Both the position numbers and the translations under genes were made by a program. The notes under the pieces were generated by a model that saw only the letters and a list, made by a program, of their open reading frames with translations, was not told the DNA's origin and searched no databases. From NCBI RefSeq assembly GCF_002571385.2, contig NW_019218048.1, positions 51,680 to 115,679 of the forward strand: a DNA stretch of 64,000 nucleotides, in the 5' to 3' direction. Origin of the DNA: Stylophora pistillata (Eukaryota). Shown here one piece after another: positions 24,277 through 37,022 of this stretch. Each line of letters starts with the position of its first letter. Position 1 is the stretch's first letter.

Positions 24277-27200
24277 GGCTCAAACTAGTCGCCACTTCTC
24301 TACTAGGATAAAGGAGCACACGGAAAGCGATAAAAACTCGCATATTTTTAAGAAATTTCAACACATCTCCTTCTTGTAAGAGAAAATACTCCCTGTCTTG
24401 CTTTAATATTGTGGATTCTGCTAGCAACTCAACTGATTTCAAACTCAAAGAAGCTTTTTATATAAATGAGATCTAACCTGAACTTAACAAACAATTACAG
24501 CATTATAACACTTTTCTAGCGTTTTAGTTCGCACCTTTGATGTTTGGTATCACGTTGTAATTAGTACCCGCTTTTGTATTACATCATACTGTGAATATTT
24601 TATTCATCTACTTGTCTATTATATAATTACTTACGTTCAGGTACTCGTTGACTGAAGATGGCATAAGCATGCCGAAACATGTCTCTCTCAAAAAAGTTGT
24701 CTATTTCTTAAAATGCTTGCGTGTCACACACCAACACACAGATTGCTTCCCGTCTTCAACGTCTTCCGTAAAGAACATTTGACCTGCCGTTATAAATGAC
24801 TGAATTGTCCTCTTTCAAGTCCACAATGAAGCTCAAGTTTACCCTGGAACTTTCTTCAAACTTATAGGTGTTCGAATACGCAAAGAGAAACAGACGCCCT
24901 CTTGTCTTCTTGTAATCAAAATCGCCATGGGAAGTGGATGAGAATCGTGACGTAAGGACGATGTTGCGATTTTCACAAAGTTCAGCTTGGATTTTCCGTG
25001 CGGAAATGAAAAGCCCTAAACTAGATTTTATCTCCTCGAAACAACACCATTTCCACTTATCACGAGCTTAACCTGAACCGATTCTGAGTTAGACCGCATG
25101 GAAAAAATGATAATTGAAAATTTGCTACATGTGATATTTGGATTTTGAAATATTGATGATTTTTTAGAAACGCTCCATGAGCTCAAAATTAAATGAAATG
25201 GTCCCGTTTTAGACTAAAGCAATACCTCAATCCCTCCAAGACAAATTTGTCCAATTGTACGAGCTTGCTTTCCTTTGCGCTTTTCCTGGGCAAAGTTCAT
25301 TGCCTTTACTCGGGGCGCTGATTGCCGCCATTTTAGGCTGCCGACGCTCGTTTCAGCTTTCGTGAATTTTCTAGGATAAAGAAGCAAGTCCGGGAAAAAG
25401 AGACCTTACCACGTTGCTATGTTCACTACAAGGTATCTCTGGGCAAAATATTGAGGTTTTCAATTTTTTTGATCGTGTGCCACATTTTTCTATTTTCACT
25501 CGGTAAATTCAAGCATTCGCTCTTAAATAGGGAACACATGCATGCCATATGAAAACGAAACTTAACCGGAATCTTTCTCTTATTTAAGACCAATATGATG
25601 TCGTAAAATGCAACTTAACAAAATTCACAAAACAGAAACGAAATTTGGATATTTCAGAAAAAATCTTTGCCACAATCTCAAGAAAAGTTTGCTTATAACT
25701 GAGGGTCAATACTCAACCCGAAAATTGTGAGTGCCACTTTTCAACTGTACATTCGACTTTTCTAACGGTGTAGTAAATAGCTTTAAATAGTGGTGGGCAT
25801 GTTTTCCAGAGTGAAGATAAGCCGAAAATCTCAAAAAAGTTTCAAAATGACACATTTGGGCAAANNNNNNNNNNNNNNNNNNNNNNNNNNNNNNNNNNNN
25901 NNNNNNNNNNNNNNNNNNNNNNNNNNNNNNNNNNNNNNNNNNNNNNNNNNNNNNNNNNNNNNNNNNNNNNNNNNNNNNNNNNNNNNNNNNNNNNNNNNNN
26001 NNNNNNNNNNNNNNNNNNNNNNNNNNNNNNNNNNNNNNNNNNNNNNNNNNNNNNNNNNNNNNNNNNNNNNNNNNNNNNNNNNNNNNNNNNNNNNNNNNNN
26101 NNNNNNNNNNNNNNNNNNNNNNNNNNNNNNNNNNNNNNNNNNNNNNNNNNNNNNNNNNNNNNNNNNNNNNNNNNNNNNNNNNNNNNNNNNNNNNNNNNNN
26201 NNNNNNNNNNNNNNNNNNNNNNNNNNNNNNNNNNNNNNNNNNNNNNNNNNNNNNNNNNNNNNNNNNNNNNNNNNNNNNNNNNNNNNNNNNNNNNNNNNNN
26301 NNNNNNNNNNNNNNNNNNNNNNNNNNNNNNNNNNNNNNNNNNNNNNNNNNNNNNNNNNNNNNNNNNNNNNNNNNNNNNNNNNNNNNNNNNNNNNNNNNNN
26401 NNNNNNNNNNNNNNNNNNNNNNNNNNNNNNNNNNNNNNNNNNNNNNNNNNNNNNNNNNNNNNNNNNNNNNNNNNNNNNNNNNNNNNNNNNNNNNNNNNNN
26501 NNNNNNNNNNNNNNNNNNNNNNNNNNNNNNNNNNNNNNNNNNNNNNNNNNNNNNNNNNNNNNNNNNNNNNNNNNNNNNNNNNNNNNNNNNNNNNNNNNNN
26601 NNNNNNNNNNNNNNNNNNNNNNNNNNNNNNNNNNNNNNNNNNNNNNNNNNNNNNNNNNNNNNNNNNNNNNNNNNNNNNNNNNNNNNNNNNNNNNNNNNNN
26701 NNNNNNNNNNNNNNNNNNNNNNNNNCAATGAACCATGCTTACGATGAAAAACACTTCTAAAGCTTTGATGAATTACGCGAAATGTTTCAGTTATACGACA
26801 CCAATATGGCAGCGTAGCAACCGTTGCTAAGGTAAAGGTCACGTGGGTGAAAACCAAGAATAGAAATTTCAAGTAATAACTATTTTCATGCCCCAAGTTA
26901 ACTCTCAAAGCTGACTGCAAAGACTCTTAACTTTGAGCATGAGGATACGATAGTTTCGGGTCCCGTATATATTGTTACAGGCGTTGTCTTAAAAATAAAA
27001 GCAACAACAATAACAAGCAATTAACCTCGGAAAACTAATAGACATTTTTCTTTCTCGAAAAAAAAAATCGAATACCGATACTGGAAACCTTCCCCAAATT
27101 CTTCTCTATCTGATCACGTTAACTGACTGCTAAAAATTGAAATATTCAATGCGATGCCAAATGTTTATAGAACTGTGCAGTGATTGCGATCATGGCAGAC

Positions 27201-30200
27201 CGTCAGTCTACTGAGCATGATGAGCATGTTGAGCATGTGAGAGAGGCTATTAGAGATCCTGCTCCTATAGAGTGTTATATTTCGCAATACCAAAGAACTG
27301 TTGTATTCCGAAATATCACTAAAGGAAGTTAAGAATCCTTCCTCCTTTTTTTAAACAAATAACTCGTTTACATGCACGGCAGAGGCGTTGGGTGGCTAAA
27401 AATGATACGGTCTCACTATTGCTAGACAGGCCGACTAGTTTTCCTCCTAGAATCAAGTACTTCCTTTGTATATCATTTGTAACATTTGTGTCACGTTTTC
27501 AGTCTACGATCAAGAGCCCTCTGCCAGCTATTGCCGAGGCCACATTGGAATTCCTTGCATTCTAGAGTATAGCAAGAATGGCTGGTTTCAGATTTGCGAA
27601 TTTACCCATCACACTTGTAATCTTAACTGCTCCGTCAACAACTGTTCCTCAAACTGCTACCCCGTCAGATTCTGCGCAAAAAGCTGGAGTAAGGCTTACA
27701 GACCAATGGTAGATCATTGCGCTGACACGATATACGACGAACGTCATCATGGTTGGTCGAGCTGTAATGCAACAAAATGCAATCTGACAAGCGCCCAACA
27801 AACATTTGGCACAAACCATACTTGCCATTATGAGGGTGATCAGTGTAGTCTAACATGTAGTGGGATAAATTGCACACAAACTTGCAAGGAAAAAAGCATC
27901 GGTGAGTATTAGAACAGAGCCAATTGTTGCAAGTTGCAACACACTCAGCTAACGTCAACTATTTATGTGAAGAGCCATGGATTGCAATTTGTCTACTGGT
28001 GACACGGTTCAAACTGTTTTCGCACTAACTTTTGAACTTAACGGACTAACCATTGGTAAATCGTACTATGTTCTTAAGGAAATCTCGTGCAAGGCAAGGG
28101 GAAATACATAATGTCAAAGTGCCTTTTGAGAATTTTTTTTCTCAGTGTTCGAATGATCACTTTCATGTAGGTGTGTCTGGCATCAGAAATACTAAGTCAA
28201 TTGGAATTAATATTTGTTTAGTCACTCAATCATTCATCCATTGAATCAAGATAGCAATCAACAAGTATTTTCCCTCCATATGCGAGGTAGAAGATTATTA
28301 ATAAAATTGATGCCAAAATATTCAAACATGTCAAAATAGAGAAATTTAAATACTGAAATATCGATTGAAAATGACAGTTTCTTAAGAGAAGAATATTCGT
28401 ATAAGAATAAATACTTAATTCACTCCCAAGCCAACCTCTTGCTTTCGTTTTCTTTTCTCAGAAAACGTTGCAGTACCAGTAGTAAGATCGTCACCTTCAC
28501 TGTCACCTGCATCTGTGACGGCAAGGCCATCCAAGATAAGGTCACAGCCGTTGACATCGCCTTTGACGTGGCTGGCACTGTCCCTCTCGAGGTCTTCATT
28601 GCCATCGCCATCATCGATACCACCACCCTCCTCTTCGTCGCCTTCCAATGCAATTCAGAAGCTGGTGTGTTTTCTAATTGATTACTCTCCTTGTACTTCT
28701 CCATACCTCAGGATCTTAGTGGTCCATACAAGTAACTGTCATTTTCGTTATCTTAGGCAAATGACTATGTCTTCAAACTTGAGGGACTTGATAGCAGCAG
28801 AAACACTTCTTTGCAGGTATCTGATTGCATTAATAACTTGGTTTCATCGTACATGATGCATCCACTGTGACCTACTTTTACATATTGGTGTATTGTCTAT
28901 ACAATTATGCGCTAAGCTGAATTATATACACACTTTGATTGGTTTTAACTTATGATCCATAGGAGGAAAGACGCATAGATGATGTCCCATTTACAATATG
29001 TTGCTTTTTATCATATAAAACAAGTAGCTTCTATGTTGCTGTGACGACTTAAGACGTAAAATGCAGTGACCACATCAATACCCATTTTTTATTTTTATTG
29101 CAATTTACGTCCTCTGTGCTACTACTAACACAATCCCGACAGTGGGTAACGTGTTTATCTATTTATCATAAAACACATCCATAGTACTTAGACCCAAGCA
29201 AGTGTCACGAGTTAATACACTAAGTATCATATCAATACGTTTACGTGGTTACAGGAGGCTGTTAACGTGTTTGAAAGCTTCGTCGTCCGTTTTGAAAACA
29301 TGACAAAACCTCTTGAAGGTCTTTTCACCAGAATGGAGGTTCAGACAGGAAGAGAATCCCTCTTTAAGGTGGCCATCGCTTTCGAGGAATTTGCTCTAAA
29401 TTATAGCAAGCAACATCTGAAAGGACTAACGCTTTCTGAAGAAATCGTTAGCCATAAAATGGGTGAGAGTTTGTGATTATCTTTGTTTTCAGTCAATCAC
29501 TGTCTGAGTTAACGTTAATGACCTTTTATTTTCTAAATAAGGTAACAACTTATGCTCCTGCGTTATTTTCAAACGTTAATTTGATTGTTCGCATTTTTTA
29601 TCATGATTAGAAAAGTAAATAAAAGATATTCTCGCAAATATGAAAACAGATAATTGCAAATGGTGTAAGAAGTCTTAGTCATTATAGCACCCGTAGAACC
29701 TCTCTTTATGTAAATCCACCAAGAAACGCTTCTTTGTGCAAACGTATTATTTCATAATTCACTATACGAGTTGCTCTTTATCCGACAGTGGTGAGAATTC
29801 AAAAGGCTTACCGCCACAATGCAAGTCATTTATACCTCAAGGAACACGAATGGAAATTAAGCATCAACATTTCCTCTTCAAATTTTGAAGATAATGGTTT
29901 GTATCAAGTTGTTCTTAATTCTGAAATATGAAATGCAACTTTTGTCCTCTTGGAAAATGTTAACAGTTTTGATGTAACTCCTCGGGAAAGACTGCTCACT
30001 GGTTTACACCGTCTATTTGCTTCAAATACCCGCAGTACTTTCAAATTCATGGTCATTTCTTGACCGGAAGAGAATCTTCTTTCTTTTTTTTTTTTTAAGG
30101 ATCAGTGGTTGTTGGGTGTTTTTACAAAAATCTCCATGAAATACTGCCGAACAATCGACCCCACAAGGATAGTACAGGCAACACAAGGTGACAAATTTGT

Positions 30201-33200
30201 CTTCCCTAAATTACTTTTTTATAATGTCGCTAACATCATGCACATAGACAAGTTTCATGTTCAAACCGCCTGGCCCTGTTTCTTCAAATGATAGATAAAG
30301 GTGTTCACTTGAAAAATCTTTATCCAGTGGCCTGCGAAATACGTTTTGTGAACTCTTGTTACCTGGATGGCGTTGACTGTCATCATTGTCTTTTCGAATA
30401 AGACCAATGCCACTTCGCAAGATATTAGCTAAAATGCATATATATTTTACAAAGGTCACTACTAGTAGATATCCCTTAATGCACCATGTTTACATTACAT
30501 TATGGTTAACTTTCATTATCATTTTGTACATAGATATGTGGGCACCAGAATAACGATGGCAGCCATGGATCCTACACCCGAAAAATTGTTGGAAAATGTA
30601 TTCTTAAAGTTCAGAAACGTGGAGGTAAAAGCAAGATTAGTTAAAATACGTTCTCTCCACAAAACTAAACGCGGTAATTAATTCCATTTACAGATCGAAA
30701 AAGGGCTGAGGAAGTGCATGTTTTGGAGCGGCTTCGGCACACTGAGGTAACACTGGCGACATACTAAGTAAATAAGTTTTTAGTGAAACACTTAGTCCAG
30801 GATCAGAAATTTCTGAAAGAAAGATATTATATTTGTCAGTTAGTGAAAATCTGCTAAAGCAGGTGTCGCCAAAGAGACAAAAAAAAAATTAACTGACAAA
30901 ATCACTCTGACTTTGATGGTACACTGCAAGTCTCGGATAAAGTTGTCAAACGTCATTCGAAGTCCTTCTGTTTCTTCTCATGAAGGAAGTTCATTTCTTG
31001 AATTGTTTTATTTGTAGTTGCTGCATTGTCTGACTTTGTGACTTTGACGTTGCTCTCTCCTTTTTTTCACTCTAAGAAAAGTCATGTTAAGCAAAAATTT
31101 CATCGTTAATCATATACGAGGTTGCAATTTTGTCTATCGACAATCTTTCACAAAACAAAGTATTCATCCCAACCCAACATTTTGCGCCTCAGAGCTAAAA
31201 ATTAACTGAAATGCCGTGATCCATCAAACCAAAAACAGTAAATGACGTGGTCGAGGCTTTGAATACAAAAGGCTGAGGATTTAATTCACCCTTGTGGTGC
31301 CCCGGCTGTCTATTTCCTAAATTATACTGCCTGCTGAGGTACTTTCTATCTCACAGCCCCGACGGATTTTCAGACAAAGGATGCTATGTAGTTACGTCGG
31401 AAAGCAACTCTGAAGAAACAGTTTGCAGCTGCAATCATTTCACTCATTTTGCTGTCTTATTTGACCACAGTGATAGCACAGAGGTAATTAATTCATTTTG
31501 TAACTATTTCCAGCACTGGTAATAAATTCATTTAGCTAATTTGTTTCTCTCTATTTTCGTTTCATACAATGTGACGCAGCTTTCCGAGCAGGACGAGACT
31601 GTGTTGGAGATTATTACCTGTGTAGGATTAAGCCTTTCTATTATCGGAATAATTTTAACAATAGCCTTGTACTCTTCCCTTAAGTAAGTACAGTGGATTC
31701 TCATAAATATTTGATAATGTGCACTTTTGTCAGTCTTCGATAATGTTAGATGAAAGGACATACTAGCTCTGTTTTCCCTGCAAAAACTAATTAAAAACCT
31801 CTTAGTTGTGCCTTGGTATAAAACTAATTCAATTTGCACTCAATCATGTACAAATTGTTTTATAACATAATCAACGTAAACCACGAGCTCTGATTGATCA
31901 ATTCAGCGTCCACCATTTGCCCATGGGTGTACGCTGCTGACGTGGGCAAATGCAAAGGCAAGTTTTTGGACGCACTTTCGTCCTTGGCAACCTTCCGCGT
32001 ACATCTATAACTCAATAGTGTACGCTGTTGTGTTTACCATTTGTTAAGTAGAGATCTTACAACATCGGTGACTGTCCTGACTAATCAGATTACAGTTGAT
32101 TGCAATTACTGAAACATAAATTTAGGAATAGTCGCAACTATAAGTTATCCAAAATTTTTCTTTTTGATGCCCTGACACTAGGGTTATTTAACTCCAATAA
32201 CCCACCGCTTGAGTTCAAGCTTTGTGTTCATCCGTTGTTTACTTAATCTTTACCAACTTGCCTTTTTTCTTGTCTTTTGATTCCAAGGTTCTTATTAATT
32301 TTGTTTATCTTATTTTAGAATTTTTTTTCATTTGCCATTTGGTCGACTTCGGCCTTATTGATATGCATTATTTTGTTTTGCTTTGATTTTTGATTTTGTT
32401 TTTGTTTCTTATAAGTTTTTGTTGCTTTTATCCTATTTATTTTAACCAGAGACATCCCTCAACCTCTATATCAAATTCGAATAAGCCTTTGTTTGTCACT
32501 CGGAGCTGGACAAGGAACGTTTCTCGCCGGAATAAACGCCACAGAAAACACGGTGAGAGGCTTATCCATCCTTTCATTTGACTAATCGCCTTTTCTGTGT
32601 TTTAGAAAGGATAATGAATAACATACGAGAACTTTCTTTTTTGCAGGCCGCCTGTGTTGCGGTAGCAGCTCTGATACAGTATTTTCTGATGGCCGCCTTT
32701 TGCTGGATGCTGGTTGAGGGAATTTATCTCTACCTGTTTATTGTGAAAGTTTACAACATCAACACCAAGATGCACATGTATCACGTCATCGCATGGGGTA
32801 TTTTTATTACTCTTTTTTATTTTATGTATTGGTAGCTGTAAGATGCTTTCTGATTGCCATATTTGGTGTTCATTTATGAATAGGTCTCCCTATGAATATG
32901 GTGGCCATTTCCCTTGGCATTGCTGGTGGGAAAGAAGGAATACAAAGCTATATCAGTGACAAATAGTAAGGAATGCGTTGACAACTTCATTCTTCCCGTG
33001 CCCTTCCTCTCTATCTTCTGTTCATTCTTTTCATTTTGAGTGTTTGTATTTTGTTGTTGTTGTTGTTGTTGTTGTTTTGCTTGATTTCGTTCATATCCTA
33101 TTATGGGTATCCTATAGGCTGAAAATGTGTGTCTCTCTCTTGTCTTTCTCCTTTTAGTTGCTGGCTACCCTCGACTAGCAATCTGATCTGGATTTTCGTT

Positions 33201-35108
33201 GCCTTTGTGGTGTTCATTGAAGTTGTGAGTTTATTATTCTTTGTAATTTTGATTGGTGTACCCGAACAAGTTACTGCCAATTTTTTTTCCTTAAGCCGTA
33301 ACCATACGAATTAAACATTTCTTAATGGGATGACCCGACACAGTTTTTACCATTTTTCATTTCCTGTTCAATCGCAAGAAACTTTGGTGGTTGCTTCAGT
33401 ATACGGAAAACTTGTTAAATTTACCATTTTTCATTTCCTGTTCAATCGCAAGAAACTCTGGAGGTTCCTTTAGTGTGCGGGAAACTTGTTAAATTTTAAC
33501 TTAGCAATCGCCGCGGCTAAATCCTATCGAGACTTCATCAAGTCTCCAAACATTAGCTCCAAACATGGGAAAAAAAATCTTACTCCATCCTTCCTTGTCA
33601 GTTTCACTTAAATTTTTTTTTTCTGAACACACCCATAAAAATAACATATTGAACAACAACCCAAGAGAGGACGGGGACAGAAAAAGTTGGAGACTAACAC
33701 TGTAAGGCTACCATTAGCGTACCTGTAACTGCACGTTTGACCGTTTTATCTGCGACTTCTAGATCTTTATTCCAATGGAGGTAGTGGATCAAGGCGCGTA
33801 AACCACGTCCTCCGTTCGGGAGTTCTATTTCCCATCAATGTATCATTGATATATTTTTTTTCCGTCTCGCGACCTTCGTACCAATAACGAATAAAGTGTT
33901 TTGAAAGACATGATGCTCTCTTGCCTTGGAAATTCAACTTACTCATTTTTCAACTCAAACGATTTTTGTAATTTTCCTAGCTCAACATCTTGATACTCGT
34001 GCGAGTCATAAAAGAGATGACCAATTTGGTACAGCCAACAGCGGAAGACAACCATTTTCAGCAAATGCGGTAGGATTCACAACATAAAATTAAATAGAAT
34101 GACGGAAACAAGTTTATGTATCATATTCCATGGCGTTATTAACCTGGCCATATTAACCTACGGCGATATTAACCTAGCGATATTAACCTGGCGATCTTAA
34201 CCTACGGCGTTATTAACCTGGCTTCCTCAATTCAGTTTTGCATTACGATACCTAAGAATAACACTGCGAAAAAATTATTAATCAACTCTTATACTTGTAT
34301 TTTTAATTGTTGTTACTCTCAGACTTGGTATCAAAGCATCCGTTGTGATGATTCCTTTACTGGGTGTCACTTGGCTATTTGGTTTTCTTTCGCCTGTACA
34401 CAAAGCTTTTGCATACATTTTCACAATACTCAACTCTACTCAGGTGAGTGTCGGATTGAAACTTTCAAAACCAATCTAGATTGTTTAATTTTCTCACTTG
34501 TTCCCAGAGTGAGACACCTTTACCATAATAAATTAAAAGTGAATTTGAGAAAAACGGTTACATTTTAACTATTCACTTAAAATGTAGTTTTTCTTCCCTA
34601 TTATCTTTCTTTTGTTATTAATGGCAGCCTAATTAGATATTTGATAAAAGTTATTTTACGCCATGCGTAAGGAGATACCTTAGTCAACGTACCCTCCGCC
34701 GCCTATAACCTGGATAGAATATTGTAAAAATCCTGATCTTGATATCATGTTTCTGCCACAGGGTTTCTTGATTTTCTTTCTTCACTGTTTGCGAAATACT
34801 CAGGTAAGAAAAACAACAACAACAACAACAACAACAACAAAAACTCGAGATTAAAAACAATGCAGATCACAGCGCATTTTTTTAGGCATAAATAACTATT
34901 TGAATGCCAAGAAACATATTGGATGTTGCTTGTCTATCTGCAGATAAGAGAGCATCTCAAAAGAAAGATGAATGCCGTTTTTAAGTCTTCAAATGAGGAC
35001 AACTCCACAAGGAAGAGCCCACAGGTCAATTCAAGTGAGGTTGGCGATGTACGGGCGGTTGAATTGCAGTCTCGCAGTAATTTTGAACCGAAGTTGCATT
35101 GTAATTAG
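17728..35108 (+). CDS. Adhesion GPCR copy A2 (close paralogue of A1)
   Basis: Exons: 17728-17761 (MFKTLLESCAL, homologous to B-copy exon 1) and 19918-19974 (these two are less certain), then 27503-27901, 28462-28664, 28757-28816, 29255-29462, 29789-29896, 30100-30187, 30534-30624, 30694-30746, 31357-31483 (GPS CNHF/THFAVL), 31580-31683, 32450-32552, 32647-32797, 32884-32965, 33158-33224, 33981-34069, 34323-34443, 34762-34803, 34944-35108. Introns align with A1. Confidence 0.9.
21443..22707. mobile_element. Nested TIR element, itself containing a MITE (about 21570-21753) and a SINE fragment
   Basis: ATGCGTCGATCAATTCAAAGCTTCAACATC pairs with GATGTTAAAGCTGCGATTGATCGGTGTAT as a diverged inverted repeat. 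Confidence 0.55.
22155..22292 (+). mobile_element. SINE 3' fragment (CORE-SINE-like)
   Basis: GGTGTGTAAATGGGT...GATGGACTAGCATCCCATCCAGGG...GTAGAAATA...GCAGACTTT. Recognised from memory of cnidarian SINEs. Confidence 0.55.
22985..23315. repeat. Diverged tail-plus-hairpin element
   Basis: CGTTCTGATTAG tail followed by an imperfect hairpin at about 23165-23310 (GGGAAATATTGGC...GTCCAATAATCCTCAG). Confidence 0.5.
23984..24292 (-). mobile_element. tRNA-derived SINE (Nin-domain-like) with truncated head and (AAAT)n tail
   Basis: Minus strand: B-box-like GTTTGAGCCCCGACCGGACCAACACTCAGGGTCTTAAAATAA...CTAGTCTTCTCGGATA...GTCCCGTCTC. Tandem ATTT at 23984-24005. Confidence 0.7.
24300..24715 (+). mobile_element. 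Penelope 3' fragment (GIY-YIG C-terminus plus hammerhead)
   Basis: RIKEHTESDKNSHIFK...CFNIVDSA...LKEAFYI...PELNKQL. CTGAAGA-TGGCATAAGCATGCC-GAAACATGTC at 24652-24683. Confidence 0.8.
33347..33497. repeat. Tandem duplication of about 75 bp in an A2 intron
   Basis: TTTACCATTTTTCATTTCCTGTTCAATCGCAAGAAACT...AAACTTGTTAAAT occurs twice. Confidence 0.8.
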
Positions 35109-37022
35109 GTAACTTGACTCGACCATCAGGCAATACTCATTGATTGTTCATTACGATCGTTTGGTTTAAACCGAAAAATCGGTTGTAATGGAGATGAGTT
35201 TCATTCTGTAGATAAAGAAAGGTTACCCTCTTCGTTATGGTTTTAGCATCAACTAGTTCCAAGTGTTACTTTTTTTCAAAACTATAAACACATTTCCGAA
35301 ATGATTACATATTTCTCGAAAGTTTCTTTAGTAGCAGACTGAATTTTCCACACAAAGGCTCAAATCATCGTAGCTAACTAATCTAGAAAATATCGTTCAT
35401 GGTTCTGTTTACAATAGCTTAGCTGCTCTGCTAATAACTGACCTTCGAAGAAGACTGCAATCTTCTTTAGATGTGCCAGGAATTCATGTAATGAAGTTAT
35501 TACTCATTTCTCTTCAATTAGCATTGTATTTAATCACAACATGAATTTAATTGTCTCATTCAATTCATGCACGGTGAACTTATTGCACGATGGTTTCATA
35601 TTTCATATGTGACCTATTACGTATTGAGTGGATAAACTACTTTTTTTAAGTAGTATCTTGCTAATGTAATAGTAGCAGCCTCATTTAACATATGAATTTC
35701 TTGCTTATAAATGAATAGAATGATGAATAGATGGATGAATGCAGAATTAATGGAGAAATTAGTAGATTAAAAACAAAAATAAATTTCAGGTAAAATAAAA
35801 ACCAGCACATTGGATATCTTGTTTATCAGTCACATTCACTTGGCTCATTTACCATCTTACAATCATAAATTAATCAAAGAGTTTGGATTTAAATTAGAGA
35901 AATGCTAACCAAAAGATGTCGTGAAATTCATAGAAAATAGAGATTTGGAAAGAAATTGCTTACACTAGATAATTTAAAGGAACAACGCATAGCGATGTAA
36001 TGGCGGGATAATTACTCGAGCCCGTTTTCCAAATATCATCACAAAGGGAGCATTAGCATTGAAATGGAGTTCCATCAAATGAGAATACGAGTCGGGGAAA
36101 TTATTAATTTTGCGTCCTCGAACCCATTTCTTCTAAAAAGGTAGAAGAGATTTCAAAGAGTTGTACTCAAAAGTGATGGTCTTTATGACGCTAATGCAGT
36201 GTGGGGGAAGGGGGAAGTCGTTTTGTAAGCTGGGAGCTAAACTATTGGCCGTTAATCGCCGTTGGTTTTCTTCCCAGTGGAAGATCGACCCTATTACACT
36301 CAAATTTAGCTCACGATCTGACTCAGAGCTTGTTATGGTAGAATTGTAATTATGTATGCTATTTGATACATGAGTGAAAAGTTCATGACATACGAGATAA
36401 GAATCATCAGCTAAAACAAGCTACGTGTTATCCGCGAATGAAAGCAAAGTAATAATTTCCACGAACGCAAAACAAAGAAAAAATTCTGAGTCTCCAGAAG
36501 GAACCGATGCCATGTGAGGACTCAGAATTCTTTTCTTGTCCTACACTCGAGAAAAGACGAAAAATATCTTTCTCCATTTCTTTGTCAAGCTGAAAACTTA
36601 CAATTCTTCTCTTTACCAATAATTTCCATTAAAGCACACGAACAGGTGGGATAGTCATATTAGCTGCTGATGGATAATACTGACATTAATTGGTTTGAGC
36701 CAGCTATCGTTCAACGGAGCTCATCACTCCTTTCTTGATAAATCATTGTTTTTTTATACATCTTTGCAAAATTTGAACTTCACAAAAATAATTTTATGCC
36801 GCGAATTTCCGGTTTTTATGAAGAAAAACATTATCCCACACCTACGGCAAGTAACTTTTTTAGTCATTGGTCCGTCTATCAAAAAAGAAAAAAAAGTGAC
36901 ACACGTCATGAACTATCGACCGATTATTATCATTTGCATTTAACTCTAGCTCCTACAAAATATTTTAAAATTCTTCTTGAAGTAATTACCGTTCCCGCGT
37001 ACTTCCAACTAATTTTAACTGG

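Larger units (their letters stand above)
20726..25522. mobile_element. Kolobok-like non-autonomous DNA transposon with roughly 500-580 bp TIRs and nested insertions
   Basis: TTAA|GAGCGA...TCGCTC|TTAA. 20726-21226 is reverse-complementary to about 24944-25522. A TTAA target with RR...YY termini is the Kolobok pattern. Confidence 0.7.

Noticed and set aside
24255-24295. tRNA gene
   Set aside because: Only a degenerate B-box-like SINE head; no cloverleaf can be formed.
25706-26920. ORFs of 200-400 aa spanning N runs (also 14400-15065)
   Set aside because: Artefacts of translating assembly gaps.
27466-35108. A2 as an assembly duplicate of A1
   Set aside because: Numerous substitutions, indels and copy-specific TE insertions indicate a real, older duplication, although read depth was not available to confirm.
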